From a virus (taxonomy: Duplodnaviria > Caudoviricetes), in the IMG/VR virus record IMGVR_UViG_3300049859_000211, positions 1 through 43,531 of that record: a stretch of 43,531 bases of DNA; one strand, written 5' to 3'. The notes below the pieces were generated by a model that saw nothing but the letters and a program-made list of their open reading frames with translations, was not told the origin of the DNA and made no database searches. Positions 1 to 8,613 of the stretch are shown piece after piece. The translations under genes and the position numbers were made by a program. The number at the start of each line of letters is the position of its first letter. The stretch's first letter is position 1.

Positions 1-341
1 GACAAATCGAAACCATAGACCAACATACTCAATCGGTCCGAGATCATGTCGGACCAAGAAATCTCCATGTCGTCCATGCATTGCTTAATAAACAACGCCT
101 CCGCTTTCGCGGCTTCGTCTTGGGAAGCGGGAACGGGTCTCCAACAAATCCTACGCAAGAAACCCTCGATGGCGAATAGAGCGGCGCTTAAAGTCGCGCT
201 GTTGTCTGCCATCTCTTGGAACGTGTTCATCCCTTCACGGCCTTGAAGCCTCGGATGTTTTTCCTCTAAGATTTGACCACATGAAGTGGCTAACCCTGGG
301 CTGGAGATGGGATCGGTGTTCGGTTTAATCTTTTTTGTCAA
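1..341 (-). CDS. Portal protein, N-terminal part (DUF935-like), truncated by the window edge
   Basis: Not in the ORF track because there is no stop. Manual translation from TTG341 (GAGG upstream) gives MTKKIKP...EEKHPRLQGREGMNTFQEMADNSATLSAALFAIEGFLRRICWRPVPA...FIKQCMDDMEISWSDMISDRLSMLVYGF. This resembles phage portal N-termini and lies downstream of TerL. Confidence 0.75.
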   Translation of the reverse strand, partial: MTKKIKPNTDPISSPGLATSCGQILEEKHPRLQGREGMNTFQEMADNSATLSAALFAIEGFLRRICWRPVPASQDEAAKAEALFIKQCMDDMEISWSDMISDRLSMLVYGFDL

Positions 342-981
342 GGTGGGCCTCGTGGTGTTGGTCAAAAGCTTTTCTTATAGCGGGCGGCATATTGAAATAA
401 TCTTCAGCTTTTGATAATAGCGCGTTTGGTATTGCCTTTTTAAAGGCTGGCGTTTTTTTAGGGACTGAAAAGACACGGCTTTGGCCGCAATACGCCCACG
501 CGTATAAGATGAGGTTGGCCCGTTTCGCGTAATCGTCGGCGTCATAAATGCCATAGTTGGATAATAAATCCGAAGCGGTACGTTCCGCGTCGAGTTCACA
601 TTCAATAACGAACTCTAGAGTGGACTTTATTTTTTGTGGTTTTAGTTCACATCCACCGAGCCACTGGGTGAACTCCACGTATGGGTCAGGCTTCTTACAC
701 ATCTTACGGTATGTGGCTTCATCGAAGGACATATTAAAACGCCCGTCTGCGGCCTGCAATAAATGCCCATATTCGTGGGCTATGTATAAATACCACTTTG
801 GGTTACATGCGGCCACCGTTAGGGTGTTCTCTTCCACGTCAAAAGCCCCGCCCAATGACATCCCTTCCGTGGTGATTGTCTTACAAGGCATCATCCGAAA
901 GGTGACTCCGTATTTATCACACTCGTCCATCACGAAGCGGGTGAGACTAGCTATGCCGATTGGTGGGTAGTGGTTAGCCAT
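325..981 (-). CDS. Zincin-like metallopeptidase (ImmA/IrrE-like)
   Basis: HEYGH (HExxH) motif plus a downstream ExxA (ELDAE) third-ligand motif. Confidence 0.55.
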   Translation of the reverse strand: MANHYPPIGIASLTRFVMDECDKYGVTFRMMPCKTITTEGMSLGGAFDVEENTLTVAACNPKWYLYIAHEYGHLLQAADGRFNMSFDEATYRKMCKKPDPYVEFTQWLGGCELKPQKIKSTLEFVIECELDAERTASDLLSNYGIYDADDYAKRANLILYAWAYCGQSRVFSVPKKTPAFKKAIPNALLSKAEDYFNMPPAIRKAFDQHHEAHLDKKD

Positions 982-990
982 CCATATAGT

Positions 991-2595
991 CTATATGGTC
1001 CAGTAGTAGTCTTGTATCAACGACGTGGTGTCTTCTTCTGACTCCCCAGCCCCGGTTCCGGATGCGTTGTAGGACACCAGGGCTGCGGTGGAACCCCGCA
1101 GGCGGTTTATGGCTTGGGTCAAAGCGTCCACGGTATCGTCATTTTTCCCGGCCGGGAAATAGAGCAAGTCGTTAATCAATTCCTCAACCCACGGAGCCTG
1201 TGCGGGATGTGGGAACCAAATATTCCCAGCTTCCATCAAGGGCGACACGGATGACGCACGAGATAGCTTGCCTCCTTCGGGGTTAATAGGGATCAACCCC
1301 GCCACTTCATTCCTGAGTTGGGATATGACGGCAGCGCCGTTTGCCTTTTCTTCCACCAAATGGCAATATGGATGCCATTGAGCGTCCATTTTCTTAATGG
1401 CGGCACACACCGACGTGAATTCCGCGTGATCTTTCCATTGGTCCATGAGGTAGAATGTCGCGCCTTGTTGACACCACACCTGCCCTACAGAATAGTCATT
1501 GTGCTCTTCCCCTTTAAACGACAAATCCCAAGACGTTAGAACCTGTGCCCCCTCCGGCCGCAACCATGGCTCTTGATGACATTGTTGTGTCAGTCCAGCT
1601 TCGTCTTTATAGGTAACGTGGTTGGGGGCCGAGGCTTGCGCTTTAGGGTCCCAATAAAAACGCATCCATGACTTTCGAAATAAACCGGACGCGGTCGGAG
1701 CGGGGCGTTGTTGGTATTGTTGGGCCCACTCATAAGACCCAAGCCTTTTTTTAAGCCCTTCCACATATTTTTGGTTCCACTGTTCCGGCCACAAGAGTTG
1801 TCCGTGTTCGGTTCTGGGGTCCCGCCACCCGATGGACGTTTGGTGGGTGTCTCCTTCGTATTCGGTAGGCAAAATCAACCGCTCCCACCCAGCATCGATA
1901 CATTTCTGCGAGATATCGTTGAAGTGGAGTCTCTGCATAACCACGAGTTCTAAGGCCCTCTCCGGATCACCGTTAATACGGGAAGCCCATGCATGATCGA
2001 ACCAATCGTTCACGGTCTCCCGAACTTGAACGGAGTCTTTGTCTACGGCGTTGATGGGGTCGTCTAAAATCCGGATAGACCCACCCATACCGGTTACCGT
2101 GCCTCCGGTGGCTGTGGCTTGTCTTCCTCCCCCGGCCACTAAAGCGAAATGTGTTTTCAAGTTGGAGTCTTCTTTAATAGGTGTAGGCCACCTTGCTTGG
2201 AACCACTCACTCTCGATGAGTTGTCGACACTTAACGTTATCTCGCATGGACAATTGTCCTGAGTAGGACGCGCTTAGAATGGTCTCAGTGGGATCATTCG
2301 CCAACACCCAAGCTGGGAACAACACGGACGTGAGAGTGGATTTGGCTGAACGGGGTTGGATGTTGATTAAAAGGGATTTAATCTTCCGTTCGTATAAGGC
2401 TTGTAGGTGCTCTGCGATAGCGTCTATGTGCATTCCTGGTTTGAACTCGTAAGGCTCTACTTGGGAAAAAGCCTCTTCCACGAACGCTCTGAAATCAGGG
2501 GTTAAGCGTTCTCGGTCGCGGGTCACAAGCTCCCTTTCGATACGGGAAGCTATTAAAGACGTTGGTTGTTTTTCTACTTGGGTGCGGCGGACCAT
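991..2595 (-). CDS. terL: Terminase large subunit
   Basis: INIQPRSAKS P-loop, ILDDP Walker B, VMQRLHFND coupling motif, and a C-terminal RNase-H-like nuclease (SWDLS, VEEKANG, FPAGKNDDTVDA). Confidence 0.95.
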   Translation of the reverse strand: MVRRTQVEKQPTSLIASRIERELVTRDRERLTPDFRAFVEEAFSQVEPYEFKPGMHIDAIAEHLQALYERKIKSLLINIQPRSAKSTLTSVLFPAWVLANDPTETILSASYSGQLSMRDNVKCRQLIESEWFQARWPTPIKEDSNLKTHFALVAGGGRQATATGGTVTGMGGSIRILDDPINAVDKDSVQVRETVNDWFDHAWASRINGDPERALELVVMQRLHFNDISQKCIDAGWERLILPTEYEGDTHQTSIGWRDPRTEHGQLLWPEQWNQKYVEGLKKRLGSYEWAQQYQQRPAPTASGLFRKSWMRFYWDPKAQASAPNHVTYKDEAGLTQQCHQEPWLRPEGAQVLTSWDLSFKGEEHNDYSVGQVWCQQGATFYLMDQWKDHAEFTSVCAAIKKMDAQWHPYCHLVEEKANGAAVISQLRNEVAGLIPINPEGGKLSRASSVSPLMEAGNIWFPHPAQAPWVEELINDLLYFPAGKNDDTVDALTQAINRLRGSTAALVSYNASGTGAGESEEDTTSLIQDYYWTI

Positions 2596-2666
2596 TTTTT
2601 TCCCTTGGCAAAACTTTTTTCTTTGAATAGCTTACCATTGGGTAATAACGCCCGCAGGAGGAAAAT

Positions 2667-3065
2667 GTGCTGAACGTCGGAGATAAGCTAATCGTGGAAA
2701 CGGCCCATCCAAACACGGACCACGTCGTGGGTGATGTGTTCTTAGTGAAGAACGTGGGTGTGGATAAGGGTATACAAAAGGCTTTTTGTGTAAAAGCCTC
2801 TGACCAAAACCAATTCGGGGTAATAGTAAACGGTTCGACTTTAGTAGGGGACGGATCACAGTTCCGTGTTTTGTTGGATGTCGGGGCCATGCGAACCGTG
2901 TTCAACTTAATGCGGCGGATTGGGTTAATGAATGTGCGTCACGCACAACCACAAGACGCGGAGTTAGAACAGTTCCGCGACGAATTAACCACGTTAATAT
3001 CACACGTCCCCGACGCGGATATTGAGAAAGCCAAAATCAAAAAACAGAATCGAGGTAATGCGTGA
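2667..3065 (+). CDS. Hypothetical protein
   Basis: GGAGG RBS before the GTG start; stop overlaps the next start (GTGA). Confidence 0.7.
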   Translation: MLNVGDKLIVETAHPNTDHVVGDVFLVKNVGVDKGIQKAFCVKASDQNQFGVIVNGSTLVGDGSQFRVLLDVGAMRTVFNLMRRIGLMNVRHAQPQDAELEQFRDELTTLISHVPDADIEKAKIKKQNRGNA

Positions 3066-5344
3066 AACCTTTAAAAAAACCCGTTTCGATAGAAGACCCT
3101 AAGCTACCCAGAACTTTAGATAAATATCTAGGTTTATCGGTCATATTTAGGGACAACGAGGACACAATAGGCGATTTGTTGGCGTCTATCAATGGCGTAT
3201 TTGACGAAATCGTATTCGTAGATACTGGGTGTAAAGATGGCACACGACGTAAGATATCCGAGTGGGCTCGGGAAACTAAAACGTCGTTAACGATCACGAG
3301 TTTCATATGGTGCGACGACTTCGCTAAGGCGCGGAATAAAGGGTGGCATTTATTAACAACACCTTGGAAAATGTTCCTCGATACGGACGATGTGTTGGTC
3401 GGAGGAAACGTTCTCAGAAAATTGTGTCGTAAGTTGGATGCCGAGCAACCTAATATCGGAGCGGCGTTTATTACCTATGACTACGATAAGTTAGAGACAC
3501 TGTCCACGTGTCGGCTATCGAAAGGCCCTAATTGGGAGTTCACCGACGCCATTCACGAACGCCTCGTGTTAAAAGACGGCACTACGGACAGCGCGGCTAT
3601 GGCCCACTTCGACGGTAAGGAAATAAGAACCATCCACCGACGCAAAAGTCCGGAGGAAAAAGAAAAGGCTATTAGAAGAAATGCTCGTATTGCGGAACGT
3701 GAATTCAACACGGAGGACAAGGCGTATAAAGCTAGATTGGGGCGCACCATCGCCATGGAAATGAAGATGGATAAGCGTTTTGACGATGCCATACCATATT
3801 TGAAGGATCTGGCTGATTACTACGTGCATTTGCCTGAAGGAAAAACGGCCGCGGGTGATTTATCGCGAATCTACGCTTCTAAAAATGAATTGGGGGAGGC
3901 GTTGCAGTGGGCTAAACGCGCAGGCCCTTCTTTCGAAGCGTTGATCCACCACGCCGGAGGTCAATATAAGGAATGCATTTTACGACAAAACGTTGGTTAT
4001 TTTTGTGAAAATCAAGGGACCCACGAATCGTTTATTTTACGTCATGCCGTGGCCCAAGTCGCCCTCGCCGACTCGTTATTTCAATTAAAAAAACCACACT
4101 CCCTAGTAGAAAGAGCGCTGAATGCCATTCGACCTGATTTACGCACGCATGCGGAGTTGGGTCCGGTAACAATGGGGCTTCGGTCTGCCATTGACCGTAT
4201 TACTATTTTGGTCCCGGGAACTCCGCAGCCGTTCGATGAGTCATCCACCGAGGGTATGTTGGGGGGCTCGGAGGAAGCGGTCGTTTATTTAGCTAATGCC
4301 TTAGCGAAACAAGGGCGCAACGTTCGTGTGTATATAAATCCAATGCCTTTCTCTAGAGAACCAGGTATAGGACCCACAGGTGTGGACTTCCAACCGCTCA
4401 AAGACTTCTCCATCGACAACGAAAACGGAAACGTGGTCGTGTGGCGTTCTTTTGGTATGGTTGAACAAATAATCCATGAGTATTCAACTCGGGTTTCCAA
4501 GAACAAAGCGGGAGACGAAACCTCCCACGTGCCAACAGGAAACTTCCAAGTGTCGTTGTGGTTGCATGACCAACATCTAGGGGTTCACCCTCAACGGGCA
4601 CAACCTATCTTGGAATCACTCCAGTCCGTGATCGTATTATCGGATCACCACTTATCAAAGATTAAAGCTAACGTAGTCGACCCATCGAAAATCAATTTCG
4701 TTAAGTTAGCGAATGGGATTTGTTTCGATGAATTGAAAGCCGTGGCGGATAAAGCGGTAAAAGACCCGTTCAAGGTCGTGTATTCGTCCTGTCCTTCACG
4801 TGGGTTACGTGATTTACTTCGGATGTGGCCGGAGGTTAAAAAAGCGAAGCCCGAAGCACACTTAGAGATCTTCTACGATTGGGCTGGGGTATCTCAATAC
4901 CAACCTGAGTTATTTAAGGATTTGATGGGGTTGATGAAATCCGTTGAGGGAATGGACGTTCGACACCACGGCGGTGTTGGGCACACACGCCTATATGAAG
5001 AAATCGCCTCCGCTAACGTGTGGGCGTATTCGCACTTCGAGAACCCCGGGGTGGAAACGTTTTGTATCTCTGCGGTTAAGGCTGCGGCTTTGGGGACTAC
5101 GGTGTTAACCGTGCCTAACGGTGCTCTGAGAGAAGTGGTTCCTTTGGCTTTATTCGATGAGGATAAGGTATCGTATCGAGATAGACTCATTCACTTGTTG
5201 GGGCAAAAAATGAATGATGGTTATATCGAGGTGTGTCAAGACGATGCCAAGTCATTCGATTGGGATAAAGTCGCCTCAGATTTCTCTCGGGTGTGGTCGA
5301 AAGAATTCGTTTTAGAGTTCCTAGAAAAAAAATCTAAAATGTAG
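3062..5344 (+). CDS. Multidomain glycosyltransferase: GT2 (GT-A) + TPR-like helices + GT4-like (GT-B)
   Basis: N-terminal DEIVFVDTGCKDGT, WCDDFAKARN, FLDTDD and IHERL (GT2 of the TPR-associated type). C-terminal GGSEEAV, LWLHD, YSSCPSRGL and ETFCISAVKA (GT-B). Confidence 0.85.
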   Translation: MKPLKKPVSIEDPKLPRTLDKYLGLSVIFRDNEDTIGDLLASINGVFDEIVFVDTGCKDGTRRKISEWARETKTSLTITSFIWCDDFAKARNKGWHLLTTPWKMFLDTDDVLVGGNVLRKLCRKLDAEQPNIGAAFITYDYDKLETLSTCRLSKGPNWEFTDAIHERLVLKDGTTDSAAMAHFDGKEIRTIHRRKSPEEKEKAIRRNARIAEREFNTEDKAYKARLGRTIAMEMKMDKRFDDAIPYLKDLADYYVHLPEGKTAAGDLSRIYASKNELGEALQWAKRAGPSFEALIHHAGGQYKECILRQNVGYFCENQGTHESFILRHAVAQVALADSLFQLKKPHSLVERALNAIRPDLRTHAELGPVTMGLRSAIDRITILVPGTPQPFDESSTEGMLGGSEEAVVYLANALAKQGRNVRVYINPMPFSREPGIGPTGVDFQPLKDFSIDNENGNVVVWRSFGMVEQIIHEYSTRVSKNKAGDETSHVPTGNFQVSLWLHDQHLGVHPQRAQPILESLQSVIVLSDHHLSKIKANVVDPSKINFVKLANGICFDELKAVADKAVKDPFKVVYSSCPSRGLRDLLRMWPEVKKAKPEAHLEIFYDWAGVSQYQPELFKDLMGLMKSVEGMDVRHHGGVGHTRLYEEIASANVWAYSHFENPGVETFCISAVKAAALGTTVLTVPNGALREVVPLALFDEDKVSYRDRLIHLLGQKMNDGYIEVCQDDAKSFDWDKVASDFSRVWSKEFVLEFLEKKSKM

Positions 5345-5346
5345 AC

Positions 5347-5375
5347 TTGACGGCCGGGAAATCCCCGGCTATCTT
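5347..5375 (+). promoter_or_regulatory. Sigma70-type promoter with a palindromic spacer
   Basis: TTGACG-N17-TATCTT. The spacer is the inverted repeat GCCGGG-aaatc-CCCGGC and is followed by a T-run. Confidence 0.6.
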
Positions 5376-5393
5376 TTTAAAAAAGGAGATCGG

Positions 5394-5942
5394 ATGACCA
5401 CGTTAAGAGATTTAAACGCTTGCAAAATGGAATCAAGACTAGGTTCTACAATCCAAAAAGAATGGGATAAAAATCCTAAAGAAGCGTTTTGGTTGGTTGG
5501 TAGAGCACATTCACACGGGAATATGTCGAGAAGGGAATTGATTCGAATTACCCTCCTTTTAATAGAAGATGCAGTAAAATTAGCGCCTAAAGAATCACAA
5601 GAATGTATTACCGAATTGTGGAAATGGGTTAATGGGTGTGATTCGGTTGATTTAGAAAAAGTTCGTGATGCTGCTAATGCTGCTAATGATGCTTATACTG
5701 CTAATGCTGCTTATGATGATGTTGCTGCTGCTTCTGCTGTTGCTCGTGCGGTTTATGCTGCTTATGCTAATGCTGCTAATGCTGCTTATGCTGCTGATTA
5801 TGCGGCTGATGCTGTTCGTGTTGCCTCTGATGTTGCTGCTGATGCTTTTTTAAATATTTACAAAAAAATATATTCGATAACAACGTGCGAAGAGGTTTGT
5901 AAATATTTTAAAGATATGGATAAGGAAAAGGTGATCGCATGA
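5394..5942 (+). CDS. Ala-rich variable-core protein, paralogue A1
   Basis: AAGGAG RBS; conserved N-terminus MTTLRDLNAC..ELWKWVNG, Ala/Asp/Tyr/Asn core, conserved C-terminus YKKIYS..CEEVCKYF..MDKEK. Confidence 0.9.
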   Translation: MTTLRDLNACKMESRLGSTIQKEWDKNPKEAFWLVGRAHSHGNMSRRELIRITLLLIEDAVKLAPKESQECITELWKWVNGCDSVDLEKVRDAANAANDAYTANAAYDDVAAASAVARAVYAAYANAANAAYAADYAADAVRVASDVAADAFLNIYKKIYSITTCEEVCKYFKDMDKEKVIA

Positions 5943-6478
5943 CGACATTAAGAGATTTAAACGCTTGCTATATGGAATCTAGAATAGGTTCAACCATTCA
6001 AAAAGAATGGGATAAGGACCCTAGAAATGCTTTTTGGGGAGTTTGTAGAGCACATTCACACGGGAATATGCCTCGAAGGGAATTAGTTCGAATCACACTT
6101 TTAATGATTGAGGACTCTGTGAAGTTAGCACCTAAAGCTTCTCAAGACTGCATTTCGGAATTGTGGAAATGGGTTAATGGGGGTGATTCGGTTGATTTGA
6201 AAAAAGTTCGTGATGCTGCTTCTGCTGCTTATGCTGCTGCTGCTGATGCTGCTTATTATGCTGATGCTGCTGCTGTTGATGCTGCTTATTATGCTGCTGC
6301 TGATGCTGCCGCTGCTGTTGCTGCTGCTGATGCTATTGACGCTGATGCTGCTGATGCTTATGCTGCTGCTGCTGTTGCTTCTGATGCTAATATTTACAAA
6401 AAAATCTATTCAATAACAACGTGCGAAGACGTGTGCAAATACTTTCCAAATATGGATAAGGAAAAGGAGATCGTATGA
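5939..6478 (+). CDS. Ala-rich variable-core protein, paralogue A2
   Basis: ATGA-coupled to A1; same flanks, different Ala-rich core. Confidence 0.9.
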   Translation: MTTLRDLNACYMESRIGSTIQKEWDKDPRNAFWGVCRAHSHGNMPRRELVRITLLMIEDSVKLAPKASQDCISELWKWVNGGDSVDLKKVRDAASAAYAAAADAAYYADAAAVDAAYYAAADAAAAVAAADAIDADAADAYAAAAVASDANIYKKIYSITTCEDVCKYFPNMDKEKEIV

Positions 6479-7395
6479 ATAAAAACGACGTCGTAATAAT
6501 CACCGAACACATGCCCCCTGGTTGGGAATGGGACCCGAAATCCCCCGTTCGAGGGACGGATAAGTTCTACGTTGAAACGGCGGTGGCTGCTGTTGAGATG
6601 GGACGCACCGTAGCCGTGGTGTATGACGGCCCTGCTTTGACGCATCGCGGTGTGTCTTTTCACCCGAGGGGTGTGCTCCCTTTAATGACGCGGCGCGCTA
6701 CCGTTATCGTGTGTAATCCCAGGACTCCGATCATAAACACACTCCCTAGAGATGTAATCGCGTTATTGTGGACAAACTTTTTTATGCCTCGGTCGGAATT
6801 CGAGGCGTGGTTCAAGATGGTAAAGGGAGTTGACTTTTGTGGGTGTGTTTGTATATCATATTTTCACTTGTCAAAAATGCCGGCTGAAGTAGCCCAGTAT
6901 TTCCGCGTGGTTCAACATGGGGTGGATCACTTTAAATATTGGGGCGGCAACATGACACAGAACAGAGCGAGACGGGTGGTGTATTCCTCTTCACCAGACC
7001 GAGGACTAGACCGTCTCAAAAAGATACAACCTCAAATCGAAGCCCTGGGGTATGAGCTTTACATCACTCCATACGGAGGGACGTCTTCTTTAACAGACGA
7101 AGCCTTGTCTAAGGTTCTCCAGACATCTCAGTTTTGGGTGCATCCAGGTGGTGGGGTAGAGTTGTTTTGTATCGCGGCTGTCGAAGCGCAAGTGGCAGGC
7201 TGCACCCCTATCGTAGTTCCTAATGGCGGGCTACACGAAACGGTTAAACACGGATACCGTTTCACGGACGCGTCTTTTGAGGAGGGGCTCCTAGCCGTTT
7301 TAGCCGGGGAAGCTTTTATGCAAGGTGTCAATGCGAACCATATACCTTCGTGGTCTCTAGCTACGAAGTCTTTGTTGAACGTAGGAGAGTTATGA
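6475..7395 (+). CDS. GT4-like (GT-B) glycosyltransferase
   Basis: VYSSSPDRGL and ELFCIAAVEAQVAGC (E-x7-E) motifs; homologous to the C-terminal half of 3062-5344. Confidence 0.8.
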   Translation: MNKNDVVIITEHMPPGWEWDPKSPVRGTDKFYVETAVAAVEMGRTVAVVYDGPALTHRGVSFHPRGVLPLMTRRATVIVCNPRTPIINTLPRDVIALLWTNFFMPRSEFEAWFKMVKGVDFCGCVCISYFHLSKMPAEVAQYFRVVQHGVDHFKYWGGNMTQNRARRVVYSSSPDRGLDRLKKIQPQIEALGYELYITPYGGTSSLTDEALSKVLQTSQFWVHPGGGVELFCIAAVEAQVAGCTPIVVPNGGLHETVKHGYRFTDASFEEGLLAVLAGEAFMQGVNANHIPSWSLATKSLLNVGEL

Positions 7396-7655
7396 TTACA
7401 CAAAAAGAAATCTTCGACCACATGGAAGCCGCCAACCGCTACGGCCACCGAGTTAAACTCGTCTACTCGGACAAAACCGTGGTCTTTTGGAAAGCGGGAA
7501 CGTCCACACCACCAAGACTCGATGGGGTTCGTAAAATCACTCTAGAGGCTGCCGAAACCACACCCGATAAGGTAAAAACTACGAAAAACCTAACAAAAAC
7601 GAACCCGATTGGGACGAAAGAACACAATACCCCGGACAAGTGTCCGGTTTTTTAA
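7392..7655 (+). CDS. Hypothetical protein (start MITQKEIF)
   Basis: AGGAG RBS and ATGA overlap with the GT stop favour 7392 over the 7350 start in the ORF track. Confidence 0.6.
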   Translation: MITQKEIFDHMEAANRYGHRVKLVYSDKTVVFWKAGTSTPPRLDGVRKITLEAAETTPDKVKTTKNLTKTNPIGTKEHNTPDKCPVF

Positions 7656-7685
7656 TGAAAAACACCTAAAGCGGACAAGTGTCCG
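7633..7685. repeat. Two copies of the quasi-palindrome CGGACAAGTGTCCG
   Basis: Identical 14-mers at 7633 and 7672, 39 bp apart; operator-like. Confidence 0.75.
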
Positions 7686-7959
7686 CAGGCTATAGCCCTT
7701 TAAAACCCGTGGCATACACCAGAGTATACGGTGGGCCGGATCGAACAGCGACTTTATCCACACCCCGATACATAGCGTTTTTAGAATGTTTCGTAGCCGT
7801 TTCCGCTGGGCTAACGTATGGGTAAGCACTAGCCGCAAATAGGCCGTAGAAAGCGTTTAAATGGCCGTAGGTAGCTTTTAAGGGCTTCCCTAGGGGTTTG
7901 GGTGGGTAGCTGCCCTTTCGGCTAGCTGGCTTCCGTTAGGAAGCGCATTCGTGTTTCGT

Positions 7960-8170
7960 CTTTCGTGGCGCGAAGCGTTTCGATGGACGTGTTCGCGGAT
8001 GCTAGCGAAACGTGCGAAAGCACGTGAGCGTAAAGCGAATCGTGGTCCGTAGTGTGAAGCGTAGCGAAACACGTCCTTCGTTGGTCGCTTGCACGTAGTG
8101 CATTTCGTGGACGCGTTCGTGGGTGCTAACGGAGTGAGCCGGCAGGCTCACGTAGTGAGAATCCGTAGCT
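7960..8170 (+). other. Non-coding cluster of GNA/GNNA-loop mini-hairpins
   Basis: cgcGAAgcg 7969, acgtgcGAAAgcacgt 8010, gcGTAgc 8059, tgcacGTAgtgca 8090, gtgagccGGCAggctcac 8134, ctcacGTAgtgag 8147. Confidence 0.65.
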
Positions 8171-8550
8171 TTAGCCGTTGGCCGTCCTTTACTTTTTACA
8201 CCCGGAAAATAGCTTCTCCTTCTTCTTAGATCTTATATATACTATAGTCGCTCAGGACTTGGGGTATTCTACGTATATCGCCACGGACCTATTTTGAAAA
8301 GCACACGTAAAAAAATACGAACCTTCTTTTATTTTTTCTATAAAATAACACGGCCCATCAATCCGGTTTTTTAAACCCCCCGCACGTCCTTCTATCGGAA
8401 AAAAGTGGCCCAACCACCCTCTCAGCTAAGCGCCCTGACGCATACCCCCATACCGAATCCATTTCGGACCCTTCCCAGCGACACCGGCAGCGATAGGACT
8501 TGGGCCTTCAACACCTATTCACGGAACTTACAAAAATCCAGATAGGGGTA

Positions 8551-8579
8551 TTGACAGTGCTTTTTACCTGAAATATACT
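8551..8579 (+). promoter_or_regulatory. Strong sigma70 promoter
   Basis: TTGACA-N17-TATACT. Confidence 0.8.
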
Positions 8580-8613
8580 AAATCCGCGGCCGCACAAAAC
8601 CCGCAGGAAAACC

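Noticed and set aside
46-246. Plus-strand 66-aa ORF
   Set aside because: Antisense shadow of the portal gene.
5665-6416. Poly-Leu/Met ORFs (5665-5853, 6210-6416)
   Set aside because: Frame shadows of the (GCT)n cores, with no RBS.
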